The position numbers and the translations under genes were made by a program. From Thermoplasmata archaeon (GTDB taxonomy: Archaea > Thermoplasmatota > JASEFT01 > JBBABA01), in the NCBI GenBank assembly GCA_041657955.1, contig JBBABA010000001.1, forward strand, positions 106,419-170,418: 64,000 bases of DNA. Reading direction: 5' to 3'. Below, piece after piece: positions 49,023 to 58,938 of the stretch (the first letter of the stretch is position 1; every line of letters starts with the position of its first letter). The notes under the pieces are model-generated. The model was not told the origin of the DNA and ran no database searches. It saw only the letters and a program-made list of their open reading frames with translations.

Positions 49023-50011
49023 TCTAAATCACTCAATATCTTCAAAATTTCATTTTTAGACAAAAGCTTCATATCGCACGAGTTTTTGATACTTTTTACT
49101 TTCTTCAAACCATTTAGACTTTCCAAGTCGGGGTCTGTTATTTGAGGAGATACGACATAGATATCCTCTCCTTCGTATGCTCTTGACATCTCTTCTTCAG
49201 TCATAATCTCTTCATACATTTTTTCGCCCGCTCTTCGTCCAATGATTTCCTTTGAGGCTTTGCCATATTTCTCAATCATCGCCTCGGCTAAATCGTTTAT
49301 GTTTAGCGGTGGCATTTTAAAAATGAATATCTCTCCCCCCCTAGCCATGATGCCAGATAATAGAACCAATTCGATCGCTTTATCTTTCGATATGATGAAC
49401 CTTGTCATTTCTGGATCTGTTATCGTTATTTTTTTGTTCTCTAATATCTGCTTTTTAAATAGTGGAATAACAGAGCCCGTAGAGCCAGCTACATTTCCAA
49501 ATCTGCAACACGCAAAAATAGTTGTGCGTCCACCATATTCATTGCCCGCAATCATCAGTTTTTCTGCGAGCAATTTTGTCGTTCCCATAGTGTTCGATGG
49601 GTTTGCCGCCTTGTCCGAACTTGTATATACCACTTTTTTTACTTTTTTCTCTATTGCTGCCTGGATAACATTCGCAGTGCCAGTTATATTTGTTTCGATA
49701 GCGTCTAATGGGTTATATTCACACTCTTCGACATGCTTATATGATGCCGTGTGAAAGACAATGTCTATGCCATTTAACGCGTATTGCAATCTAGTTAAAT
49801 TTCGAACGTCTCCTAATAAAAATCTTAAACACCCTGTTTCGTCACGATATTTCTGGCGTAAATCGAAAAGCCCGTTTTCATGTACGTCGAAAATTCTAAT
49901 AACTTTTGGTTCAAATTTTATTAGTTTTTCTATTAGTAATCTGCCGATATACCCTGCTCCACCAGTGATTAAAATTTTCTTATCCTTGTAAAAACTTTTC
50001 ATAGACACCAT
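49019..50011 (-). CDS. pseB: UDP-GlcNAc 4,6-dehydratase, CapD/PseB/FlaA1-type
   Basis: ILITGGAGYIGR...DVRN...TSSDKAANPSNTMGTTK, typical of the polysacc_synt_2 family. Start set at the MVSMKSF ATG. Confidence 0.75.
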   Translation of the reverse strand: MVSMKSFYKDKKILITGGAGYIGRLLIEKLIKFEPKVIRIFDVHENGLFDLRQKYRDETGCLRFLLGDVRNLTRLQYALNGIDIVFHTASYKHVEECEYNPLDAIETNITGTANVIQAAIEKKVKKVVYTSSDKAANPSNTMGTTKLLAEKLMIAGNEYGGRTTIFACCRFGNVAGSTGSVIPLFKKQILENKKITITDPEMTRFIISKDKAIELVLLSGIMARGGEIFIFKMPPLNINDLAEAMIEKYGKASKEIIGRRAGEKMYEEIMTEEEMSRAYEGEDIYVVSPQITDPDLESLNGLKKVKSIKNSCDMKLLSKNEILKILSDLE

Positions 50012-50267
50012 AGATACATCTCCGATTGGATATAATAAGCGAAAACCACTCCATGTATATAAATTAAATGCTAGAAAGTACCAAAAATCCACACACTTAT
50101 TCTCTATGTATTCTTTGTACCTAAACACTTATCTGATTTTCTTTTATGTACGAACATAGCGGTCACTTATGGCATCAAATAACTCTAGCCATAACGTTTC
50201 GATTTTATAACATTCGAAAAAGTAGGTAGAGCGTTTTATAACTTCCCAGAGAATCGTCAATTTATTG

Positions 50268-51053
50268 CTATAAAAATATGATTGTACTGCCCTTTATTGG
50301 ATACTCTCTTCTACATTTTGAGCAGGTATACGAATTTGTCGAAAAAACAAAACCACCTTTACAATTTGGACACCATATTATTGATTCAATTGCCTTTTGT
50401 TTATTGTTATATACCACATCGTGTCTCTGTCCTTCCTTCTCTGCAACGAGAAGCCAACATTGGGGGAAATTAGTTGTCGTAGAGTAGACTTCCAAATAAT
50501 CGAACAGAGGTATCAGGAAGAATTTAAAAACACCCTTCACACCATTCAATAATATTTTAGCAAAGAGACTATCACATTTCGTTTGTCCAAGTACTTGATA
50601 TGCCCATCTTATTCCGGTATAGAGTGGTTTATTTGATGGGAGTATCGAAACAACCTTCAACCCACTTTTCTCACATAAATATTTCAATCCATAACTAGTA
50701 TATCTGAAAAAATCATAAGGTACTTGGTGTTCACACATTACAAACGGGACGTATAGAAAGAGCTTTCCACCCGGTTTGAGGACTCTTTTTACTTCCCCAA
50801 AAAAGCGAAAAGGCTCTGCTATATGTTCTAATGTAGTAGTATTTAAAATAAAATCAACACCCCCATCCTTAATGAAATTAATTCTCGTAATGTCACACAT
50901 AAAATCTAGTTTGGAGTACTCCCACTTAGCGTCACCTTTTCCAAAATCCGCTGATAAATAATTGCAGTGCTCAAAGAAAAAGTTATAACGACATTCCCCC
51001 GCCCCCAAATCGAGTAAAATGCTCCCACGTGATATCTGTTCTTTAGCATTCAT
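50268..51053 (-). CDS. Class-I SAM methyltransferase with C-terminal Trm112-like zinc ribbon
   Basis: LDLGAGECRY...VLKPGGKLFL MTase core. C-terminal CPNCKG...CSKCRREYP. Confidence 0.7.
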   Translation of the reverse strand: MNAKEQISRGSILLDLGAGECRYNFFFEHCNYLSADFGKGDAKWEYSKLDFMCDITRINFIKDGGVDFILNTTTLEHIAEPFRFFGEVKRVLKPGGKLFLYVPFVMCEHQVPYDFFRYTSYGLKYLCEKSGLKVVSILPSNKPLYTGIRWAYQVLGQTKCDSLFAKILLNGVKGVFKFFLIPLFDYLEVYSTTTNFPQCWLLVAEKEGQRHDVVYNNKQKAIESIIWCPNCKGGFVFSTNSYTCSKCRREYPIKGSTIIFL

Positions 51054-51181
51054 AAGAAATTCAAAAATAGATATCGACTGGGCATCATCTGTCCATCCTA
51101 ATTTTTTAAATCTATCAAATAATTCGTTGCGTTCTATATAACTTCCTCCTTAAGCCCAATTATGTTGTTTTATGCCTCTAT

Positions 51182-52264
51182 TTATCCATTAATCTGAATA
51201 AACGAATTTTCCCCAAGCACCAGTCTGTGCCCTCTCGGAAGGCTGCCTTTTACAGAAGAGATCACAGAATTCCTTCCGATCAAACTATCAATTATCTTGT
51301 TCCCGCACTCTATCTTACAGTCGCCTATAATTATACTTGCCTCTATTTCGCTATTTGTAATTGTAGTGTTGTCACCGATTGATGTATATGGGCCGATATA
51401 TGCGTTAGGCCCGATTTTACAATTTTTGCCTATGATTGCCGGACCTCTGACAACACTTCCTTCATATATAGTAGTATTTTCACCGATGCCGACCCTTCCT
51501 TTTATGACTGCCCCATCCATAATTTTGCCTTTATTATATGGAACCAAATCGTCAAGAACTAAATGGCTGGCTTCCAGTATGTCTTCTGGCTTTCCAGTAT
51601 CCTTCCACCAACCCTCTACTAGGTATGCGTGAACGCGGTATTTTCTCTTAACGAGTTCGTGGATGGCATCCGTGATTTCCAACTCGCCTCTCCATGAGGG
51701 TTTTAATGTTTTTATCATCTCAAAGATCAGCGGCGTGAAGAAATATATACCAGTGAGCGCAAGATCACTCTTCGGTTTCTTTGGTTTTTCCTCCAGGGAC
51801 AGTATTTTTCCGTTCTTATCCAACTCCGCTACACCAAATCTCTGGGGCTCTTTTACTTTACAGAGGGCAACAGCACCATCATATCCATTTTTTTTAAAAT
51901 CCTCAACCATCTTCTTTATTCCGCCTCGCAGAACATTGTCACCAAGATAAACAACGAAAGGATCTTTTCCGATGAATGGTCTAGCACAAGCAACAGCATG
52001 GGCGATGCCTCTCGGGGCGCCTTGCTCCATGTAGGTAATTTCCACTCCGAAATCTGAGCCGTCTTTCAGAAGCTCCTTGACTTTGCCTGGCATATTGTCT
52101 CCGAGAATCACGCACAAATCTTTTATTCCTGCATCTCTCAGGTCCTCTAAGCAATACAAGATATTCGGTTTATTTGCTATCGGGATTAGTTGTTTTGGGC
52201 CCGTGTGTGTTAATGGGCGCAAGCGCGTGCCGGAGCCGCCGGAAAGTATTACTCCCTTCATCAT
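51182..52264 (-). CDS. rmlA: Glucose-1-phosphate thymidylyltransferase (long form with C-terminal LbH domain)
   Basis: MMKGVILSGGSGTRLRPLT...KQLIPI. C-terminal hexapeptide repeats. Confidence 0.75.
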   Translation of the reverse strand: MMKGVILSGGSGTRLRPLTHTGPKQLIPIANKPNILYCLEDLRDAGIKDLCVILGDNMPGKVKELLKDGSDFGVEITYMEQGAPRGIAHAVACARPFIGKDPFVVYLGDNVLRGGIKKMVEDFKKNGYDGAVALCKVKEPQRFGVAELDKNGKILSLEEKPKKPKSDLALTGIYFFTPLIFEMIKTLKPSWRGELEITDAIHELVKRKYRVHAYLVEGWWKDTGKPEDILEASHLVLDDLVPYNKGKIMDGAVIKGRVGIGENTTIYEGSVVRGPAIIGKNCKIGPNAYIGPYTSIGDNTTITNSEIEASIIIGDCKIECGNKIIDSLIGRNSVISSVKGSLPRGHRLVLGENSFIQING

Positions 52265-52274
52265 AGTAACCGCT

Positions 52275-52721
52275 TCAGTTTATTTTAATGTCCCAGCTAT
52301 ATGGTATTTTGTTCGTGTTATATTCCAGTCTTTCTTCATCTGGATTTTTATAATCATACACTTTATCTGGGAAATTCAACAGGATTACTGGCTTATCGCT
52401 TATTGCCTTGAAACCATGCCAGTTGCTGCCGTCTATCGTAAGGGCCACCATGTTGTCCTCACCTATGAAATGCTCGTTTAATTCTTTGGTTTTTTCATCA
52501 TAGACGCACACTTTTGCCATCCCCTGGATTACTATAAACGTATCCGTTTGTTTGGTTTTTGGATGGCGATGCCATGCGCGGATTACGCCTTTTTGAGTTA
52601 CAGAGTAATAACACATAGCGAACGGATAGTAATAATCGCCGTCCGATCTTATCAATTCGCAGAGATACCCTCTCTCATCGCAATGTTTTTTCAGCTGTCT
52701 TATCAAAGTTCCCTTTATCAT
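52275..52721 (-). CDS. rmlC: dTDP-4-dehydrorhamnose 3,5-epimerase (cupin)
   Basis: RAWHRH...NWHGF motifs of RmlC. Start set at MIKGTL. Confidence 0.75.
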   Translation of the reverse strand: MIKGTLIRQLKKHCDERGYLCELIRSDGDYYYPFAMCYYSVTQKGVIRAWHRHPKTKQTDTFIVIQGMAKVCVYDEKTKELNEHFIGEDNMVALTIDGSNWHGFKAISDKPVILLNFPDKVYDYKNPDEERLEYNTNKIPYSWDIKIN

Positions 52722-52722
52722 C

Positions 52723-53451
52723 TTATCTTCCTCCAAGCAATTTTTTAACATCAATTATCGAGTTCAATTTTGTACAGTCTAGACTACAATCCCTCGGTAG
52801 TGGAAGAGGTATTTTGTCTAATGTGGTCTCCTGTAGATTTGGTGTCAATTTCTTAGCCCATTCATATATATTAAATTTTCCATTTCCGATGTGGTATATA
52901 CCAGTAGCCTTTCTTTCTATTAACGCTAAGAGTATCTGGGCAAACTCATCGTAATAGAGAAGGGATTGAAACATATCTATAGGTGCAACCGGATGTTTCC
53001 AAGGTCCTCGTGCTTTCATCGTACCTCTAATTATTAGATGTTGGGGTGCTCTTTTAACTTCAAATTCTCCCAATAATTTAGTTAGTGCGAAGAAATTTTT
53101 TGGATTTGGAAAGTCTGTTTCCCTATACATCCCTTTCTCGCCATCAAATACATAATCCGTAGATGTATAGATGAGATAGATGTTGTGTTCACGACAAGCA
53201 TCTGCGATGTATTGCGTGCCTGTTACATGCACATTGTACACTTCCTGGCGATTTTTCTCACAGTAATTTAAGTTTGTATTTGCAGCGAGGTGGATACAGA
53301 TTGTGGGTTGATATTTTGAAAACGCCTCTTTAACGTGTTTTTCATTTGTTATATCCATTTCCTGACGCCCCAAACAAATTAATCCCTTCTTCATCTGTTT
53401 AAGGGTAGTAGCAAGTTTACCGTTTCCACCCGTTACCAATATTGTTTCCAT
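52723..53451 (-). CDS. rmlD: dTDP-4-dehydrorhamnose reductase
   Basis: ILVTGGNGKL...YTSTDYVFDG. Start at METILV. Confidence 0.8.
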   Translation of the reverse strand: METILVTGGNGKLATTLKQMKKGLICLGRQEMDITNEKHVKEAFSKYQPTICIHLAANTNLNYCEKNRQEVYNVHVTGTQYIADACREHNIYLIYTSTDYVFDGEKGMYRETDFPNPKNFFALTKLLGEFEVKRAPQHLIIRGTMKARGPWKHPVAPIDMFQSLLYYDEFAQILLALIERKATGIYHIGNGKFNIYEWAKKLTPNLQETTLDKIPLPLPRDCSLDCTKLNSIIDVKKLLGGR

Positions 53452-53591
53452 TATTACACCATTTTGATTCCATATTAGTCTACTCATAAATATAATTAAT
53501 GTTGCCAAAAATCATTTAACTGTCTATTCTATTCCCTACAATAATATAAATAAACTATCAATCATATAGATGAAAACCTAGGTGTGAGAGT

Positions 53592-54560
53592 ATGACGACG
53601 ATCTTAGTAACCGGTGGTATGGGGTTCATCGGCAGTAATTTCATAAGATGCGCTCTGAACAAATATAAAGATTATAAAATTATAAATCTTGACAAACTCA
53701 CGTATGCTGGCAATCTAGACAATCTGAAAGATATCAAAGATAAAAGATACCGCTTCGTTAAAGGGGACATTTGTAACAGAAAGATTGTAGATACTCTTAT
53801 GAAAAAATCAGATATTGTTATAAATTTTGCCGCAGAAACCCATGTAGACCGATCAATCCTCGATGCTGGTGTATTTGTAAAAACAGACGTCTTAGGTACC
53901 TACACGCTCCTCGAATCTGCAAAAAGATACAATATAAAAAAATTCCTCCAAATATCTACAGACGAAGTCTATGGAAGCGTTGATACTGGTTCGTTTTTAG
54001 AATCTTCGCCACTTTCCCCAAATAGTCCTTATGCGGCAAGTAAAGCCAGTGCAGACTTACTCGTTCGTTCCTATTATGCAACTTACAAATTCCCAGTTTT
54101 GATCACTAGAAGCTCTAATAATTTCGGGCCATATCAATATCCCGAGAAACTTATACCATTGTTCGTTACAAATGCTATTGACAACCTTCCTCTACCAGTG
54201 TATGGTGATGGTATGAATGTCCGTGACTGGTTGTATGTTACGGACAATTGTGAAGCGATAGACGCAGTGTTACAATCCGGAGAAATTGGGGGAATTTACA
54301 ATATCGGCGGCGGGAACGAAAAAACAAATTTGGAAATAACTAATCGTATATTAAAACGGCTAGGCAAACCAGAAAAACTCATAATGTTTGTAAAGGACAG
54401 GCCGGGGCACGATAGGAGATATTCCATAGGCTGTTCGAAAATTAAAAAAATGGGATGGAAAACAAAATACAGTTTCGAGGATGCTTTGAATAAAACTATC
54501 GACTGGTATGTAGAAAACGAGTGGTTGTGGCGAAAGCTCAAGAAGAGGAAGGATTTTTAA
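53592..54560 (+). CDS. rmlB: dTDP-glucose 4,6-dehydratase
   Basis: ILVTGGMGFIGSNF, AAETHVDRSI and YAASKASAD motifs. Confidence 0.9.
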   Translation: MTTILVTGGMGFIGSNFIRCALNKYKDYKIINLDKLTYAGNLDNLKDIKDKRYRFVKGDICNRKIVDTLMKKSDIVINFAAETHVDRSILDAGVFVKTDVLGTYTLLESAKRYNIKKFLQISTDEVYGSVDTGSFLESSPLSPNSPYAASKASADLLVRSYYATYKFPVLITRSSNNFGPYQYPEKLIPLFVTNAIDNLPLPVYGDGMNVRDWLYVTDNCEAIDAVLQSGEIGGIYNIGGGNEKTNLEITNRILKRLGKPEKLIMFVKDRPGHDRRYSIGCSKIKKMGWKTKYSFEDALNKTIDWYVENEWLWRKLKKRKDF

Positions 54561-54683
54561 CAAAATTATAAAAAATAATAGAGTATTCGTGGGATTTGGC
54601 GAAAGGGTGAGTCAGAGAATATTAAAAATACTTTAAAACATATAGCTTTTTAGAGGTATATTACGCATTATTCGGAGAATTCA

Positions 54684-55802
54684 ATGAAAATCATATATAC
54701 CGTCGAGTCTAAGATCATCCACAACTATAGATTCATAAACAAATTTATCGAGAAAGGCTACGAAGTATATATAATAAACTTCGGCTACGATAAGTATGAC
54801 GATATACCCGGGGCAACTGTCATAAACAAGACAAGGCGTTTTGCGAACATACCCTGGATCCGCGGCATAATCTGGAAGCTGTTTTATTTCCTTGACATAT
54901 GGTTCTTAAAAAAGCAGATAGATACGATAAAGCCCGACGTCCTCCACGGCGGCTGGGTGCTTCGCGACGGGTATTTTTGCGCCGCAACCGGTTTTCACCC
55001 TTTTATTTTGATGCCATGGGGCTCGGATATACTAATCCACCCGAATAGATCGCGCATTGCCAAACGAAAGGTAAAATACGCAATAGCCAAAGCAGACATG
55101 ATAACATGCGATGCAGAATACGTGAAAAAACGGATAATGGAGCTTCAGCCGTTTGACCCAGACAAAATAATAGTCTTTCCTTGGGGCATAGATCTAAAGA
55201 AATTCAACCCGAATTACGACCGCCGAGCGATAAGAGACAGACTCGGCATCAGCGATGAAAAGATAGTTCTGATAACGAGGAGCCTTGAGCCAATCTATGG
55301 CTTAGAGTACCTCTTAACCGCAATTCCAAAGGTTCTGGAAAGGCATCCGAACACAAGATTCGTATTCTGTGGAGGCGGTTCTCTACAGAATGTGTGCAAC
55401 GAGTTCATAAATAACAACAATCTATCTGGCAAGGTTTTCCTAATGGGTGCAGTCAAGAACGAAGAACTCCCTCTCTTTCTTTGCACTGCAGATGTCTGGG
55501 CGTCACCCTCTTTAAGCGACGGCACGCCCGTTTCACTTCTCGAAGCAATGGCTTGCGGTTTGCCAGTAATAGTCACGGACAATACGCCTGTGTTGGAGTG
55601 GGTGACGGACGGGGTAAATGGTCTGGTAATTCAGAAAAAGGATCCTCATGCAATTTTTGAAAGCGTATGCAAACTTTTAGATGATGAAGAATTAAGAAAA
55701 AAGTTTGGTGAAGAAAATCTGAAAATCGCAAAGGAAAGAGCCGACTGGGAAAAGAATTTTGCAAAATTAGAAGAGATGTACCAGAAGTTACTTGCAACTT
55801 AA
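54684..55802 (+). CDS. GT4-family glycosyltransferase
   Basis: SPSLSDGTPVSLLEAMACGLPVIVTDNT. Its 3' end is duplicated as a remnant at 16085-16178. Confidence 0.85.
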   Translation: MKIIYTVESKIIHNYRFINKFIEKGYEVYIINFGYDKYDDIPGATVINKTRRFANIPWIRGIIWKLFYFLDIWFLKKQIDTIKPDVLHGGWVLRDGYFCAATGFHPFILMPWGSDILIHPNRSRIAKRKVKYAIAKADMITCDAEYVKKRIMELQPFDPDKIIVFPWGIDLKKFNPNYDRRAIRDRLGISDEKIVLITRSLEPIYGLEYLLTAIPKVLERHPNTRFVFCGGGSLQNVCNEFINNNNLSGKVFLMGAVKNEELPLFLCTADVWASPSLSDGTPVSLLEAMACGLPVIVTDNTPVLEWVTDGVNGLVIQKKDPHAIFESVCKLLDDEELRKKFGEENLKIAKERADWEKNFAKLEEMYQKLLAT

Positions 55803-55910
55803 AACTCTTCTGGTTTTCATACGATCCTAGTATTTCGCTCTGCACTATTGATTTACAAAATAATAAAATTAAACGTGTTATTGCAAAATCTTTAGCCCCG
55901 TCAAAAGCAT

Positions 55911-56816
55911 CTACTTGACGTTTTTCTTGTACCATTCGATATATCTCTTTGCCCCTTCCTCGAAGTCTACTTTTGGCTTCCATCCCAGTTCTTTCTCTGC
56001 TCTTTTACCGGATACGTTCTTTCCGCCATAGTCTCCAGGTCTTGCCTCTTTATACTCTATTTTTACATTGCCAAGCAACTTCTTAACTGTTTCTGCAACT
56101 TCTTTAACAGTTACTCCCCTCATGCCTTCAAGATTGTACGTCCTGTTCTTTGCAGCATCCTTCAGTGCAGCTACGTTTCCCTCTGCCAGATCCTCGACGT
56201 ATATGAAATTTCTATACTGGGAGCCATCGCCTTGTATGGTCAACGACTCGCCGTTTAGTGCCTTTTTTACGAATATTGACAAAACGGTTCCGCCTCTTGC
56301 TCTGGGCCCATACGGAATGCCATATCTTAAGATAGTGAAGTTCTGGTTGTATAGTTTCTGGTAGCTATGGCAATATAGTTCTGCTGCGACTTTTGACGAT
56401 GTATATACATGATCTGCCTTTTCAACGTGTAGCGGCGTGCTCTCGTCAACATCTGTCTCGGAAGCAAGTCCGTATACCCATACTGTACTGGCAAGCACAA
56501 CCCGCCCTATGTTGTTCCTCTTTGCAGCCTCAAGCACATTTGCCACACCCATTATGTTTATCTCTCCCGCTTCGATCGGATTCTTATAAACATCATTCAC
56601 ATCCGCCATTGCGGCTAGAAGATAAACAGCATCGTAATCACCAGTCAACGCAACAGTAGTTTTAGAAAGATTAGTGATATCTATGTATATGTGGCGGACA
56701 TCATCTCTGTGCGGTTTCATAATGTCGAATACCGTGACATCGTGTCCATGGGCGACTAGCTTGTCCACAACGTGCGTACCGATAAATCCAGAACCGCCTA
56801 TTACTCCAACTTTCAT
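55911..56816 (-). CDS. NAD-dependent epimerase/dehydratase
   Basis: VGVIGGSGFIGTH and YTSSK motifs. Confidence 0.85.
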   Translation of the reverse strand: MKVGVIGGSGFIGTHVVDKLVAHGHDVTVFDIMKPHRDDVRHIYIDITNLSKTTVALTGDYDAVYLLAAMADVNDVYKNPIEAGEINIMGVANVLEAAKRNNIGRVVLASTVWVYGLASETDVDESTPLHVEKADHVYTSSKVAAELYCHSYQKLYNQNFTILRYGIPYGPRARGGTVLSIFVKKALNGESLTIQGDGSQYRNFIYVEDLAEGNVAALKDAAKNRTYNLEGMRGVTVKEVAETVKKLLGNVKIEYKEARPGDYGGKNVSGKRAEKELGWKPKVDFEEGAKRYIEWYKKNVK

Positions 56817-57931
56817 GCTAACACCTTCTTCAAAGAATCTATGACGAAATTGCCCATTTCATCAGTCATTGTCGGGAATAACGGCAAGCATACTTGCCTC
56901 GCACAGACGTCTTCTGCCACTGGAAAATCGCCCTGTTTATATCCCATTTTCATAAATATCGGTTGCAGGTGCAACGGAAGCTCATAGACTTCACCAGACA
57001 AACTGACCTCATACTGTTCCCTCAATTTTTGTTTAATCGCCTTTCTATCCAGTCCCTTATCCAAGATAGCGATGTATTTGTAATAATTTGTATGGGAGTT
57101 TGATGGGATTTTTAATGAAGTTATGTGCGGAACGTTCTTTAAACCCTCGTCGTATATCTTGGCAACCCTTCTTCTGTCTGCTATGAAACTCTCCAGTCTC
57201 TTGAGTTGAGAAACACCGATGGCGGCATGAACCTCTGAAAGTCTCCAATTGTATCCCATTTCAGTATGGAGATTTGCTGTGAAACCAGATTTGCCTTGGT
57301 CTCTAAACACCATCGCTCTGTCATAAATTATCTTGTCGTTAGTTACTATCATTCCTCCTTCCGCAGATGTCATGACTTTCGTTGGATAGAATGAAAAACT
57401 ACCTGCTAATCCAAACGTTCCTGCGTGTTTGCCGTTAAGTTTACTCCCGTGGGCATGTGCTGCATCCTCAAAGAAGATTATTCCTTTTTTTTCGCAGAAT
57501 TCCTTGAGCTCTTCAGTGTCAGGTGCAATATTTCCTCCGATATGGACAGACACCACCGCTTTTGTTTTTTTGGTTATTTGCTTCTTTACTGTTTCTAAAC
57601 TTATTGCATGAGTGTTCGGATCTACGTCTGCGAATTTTACTTTGCCGCCTGCGTGAACTACGCCGAATGCGGTTGCTGCGAACGTGTTGGTTGGTACTAT
57701 TACTTCTTTGCCACTCACGTCGAAAATACGCATAGGTATCTCTATAGAGCTTGTTCCGCTATTCACCGCTACAGCGTATTTTGTTCCTATCGTAGAGGCA
57801 AACTTTTCTTCAAATTCTTTCGTGTATTTCCCCAGGGTAAGCTGTCCAGATTCCAGTATTCCATCAATCTGTTTTAAGAGGACTTCCCTGTCTTCCTTCG
57901 GAAAGCATATCTTTGCTGCAGGTACCTTCAT
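56813..57931 (-). CDS. DegT/DnrJ/EryC1/StrS-family aminotransferase
   Basis: YAVAVNSGTSSIEI and DAAHAHGS motifs. The listed ORF has a 108-aa spurious N-terminal extension; start set at MKVPAAK. Confidence 0.8.
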   Translation of the reverse strand: MKVPAAKICFPKEDREVLLKQIDGILESGQLTLGKYTKEFEEKFASTIGTKYAVAVNSGTSSIEIPMRIFDVSGKEVIVPTNTFAATAFGVVHAGGKVKFADVDPNTHAISLETVKKQITKKTKAVVSVHIGGNIAPDTEELKEFCEKKGIIFFEDAAHAHGSKLNGKHAGTFGLAGSFSFYPTKVMTSAEGGMIVTNDKIIYDRAMVFRDQGKSGFTANLHTEMGYNWRLSEVHAAIGVSQLKRLESFIADRRRVAKIYDEGLKNVPHITSLKIPSNSHTNYYKYIAILDKGLDRKAIKQKLREQYEVSLSGEVYELPLHLQPIFMKMGYKQGDFPVAEDVCARQVCLPLFPTMTDEMGNFVIDSLKKVLA

Positions 57932-58037
57932 AAATGCCACCTTTTTGTGGATGTGATTACCGTTTGTTTCTTTATATAGTTTCTGTAAAAGATACTGGTT
58001 CTGGCCACGTATTGTCATCTGGGTTGTTCTTGGATAT

Positions 58038-58526
58038 TTGCCAAAACTTTTTAAACAAATTGTCCGATCTCTTTCTATGGGCAGAAAAAGAAGGTATATG
58101 ATTTCGAGATGTATCTCTCTGGACAGACTAGAAAAGATGATAAAAGAAAAAGAACTTGAAGCACGTATTTTAAAAAGGCTATATTTTATACGGTGGCTGT
58201 ATGAGTGCAACAATATCGAAAAAGCTGTTAAAAAAACCAAGATTACAAAAGCCACAGGGTATGCGTGGTTGCGTAGATGGAATGAGAAAGGCTATGATGG
58301 GTTGCTACCGAATTTTAGAGGCGGCAGGCCATCCAAACTCCATGATGTGCAAAAAAACGACTTGACATCAGTACTTACCAAAAGGAACAGATGGACTATT
58401 GTCGATGTTCAGGATTTAATAAAGAAACGATACGATGTTCATTACTCTAGTAGCCAGGTAAGGCGCTTGTTAACGTTGTTTGGCATGAAAAGCAAGAATA
58501 CCTATTCGCGCTATTATCGCTACTGA
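58038..58526 (+). mobile_element. IS630/Tc1-mariner-type transposase N-terminal HTH fragment (no DDE domain follows)
   Basis: AVKKTKITKATGYAWLRRWNEKGYDGLLPNFRGGRPSKL is typical of the IS630 OrfA winged-helix. The ORF stops after 162 aa, with AT-rich flanks. Confidence 0.55.
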
Positions 58527-58938
58527 ATGCAATTAATCCGATTACTGGATAATAAGTTTAATTTATTTAGATAAATTTAAAAAAGAGGAATATTGGAACA
58601 ATATGTCTGTTAAATGCACTTTGACGGTTCAGTTTTTCTAAATATAAAATTCGAGTTGTTTATTTTGTCGAAAACAAAAAGTTAACATAGAATTCAACAT
58701 AACGTCTGTTATTCAAACGGTCAACGAAACAGTAGCGAGTGTCGGATAGGTGAATGTCCAGTTGAGCTGGTGGGTGTATAAACATTCTTAAGTCGATGAC
58801 CTTGCTTTTCAACAGTGTATAGGAAAAAATATATACAAAATGACAAATAGAGATGATGCCATGCATAAAGAGAAAAAGTTCGAACCAAATGAGGAGAAAA
58901 AGAGCACCGATGGGTGTTGATGGAAACGGGGGAAGAGC

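Noticed and set aside
56813-58255. Listed 480-aa ORF for the DegT aminotransferase
   Set aside because: The first 108 aa are low-complexity, overlap the IS630 fragment on the other strand, and precede the typical DegT N-terminus. The real start was set at MKVPAAK (57931).
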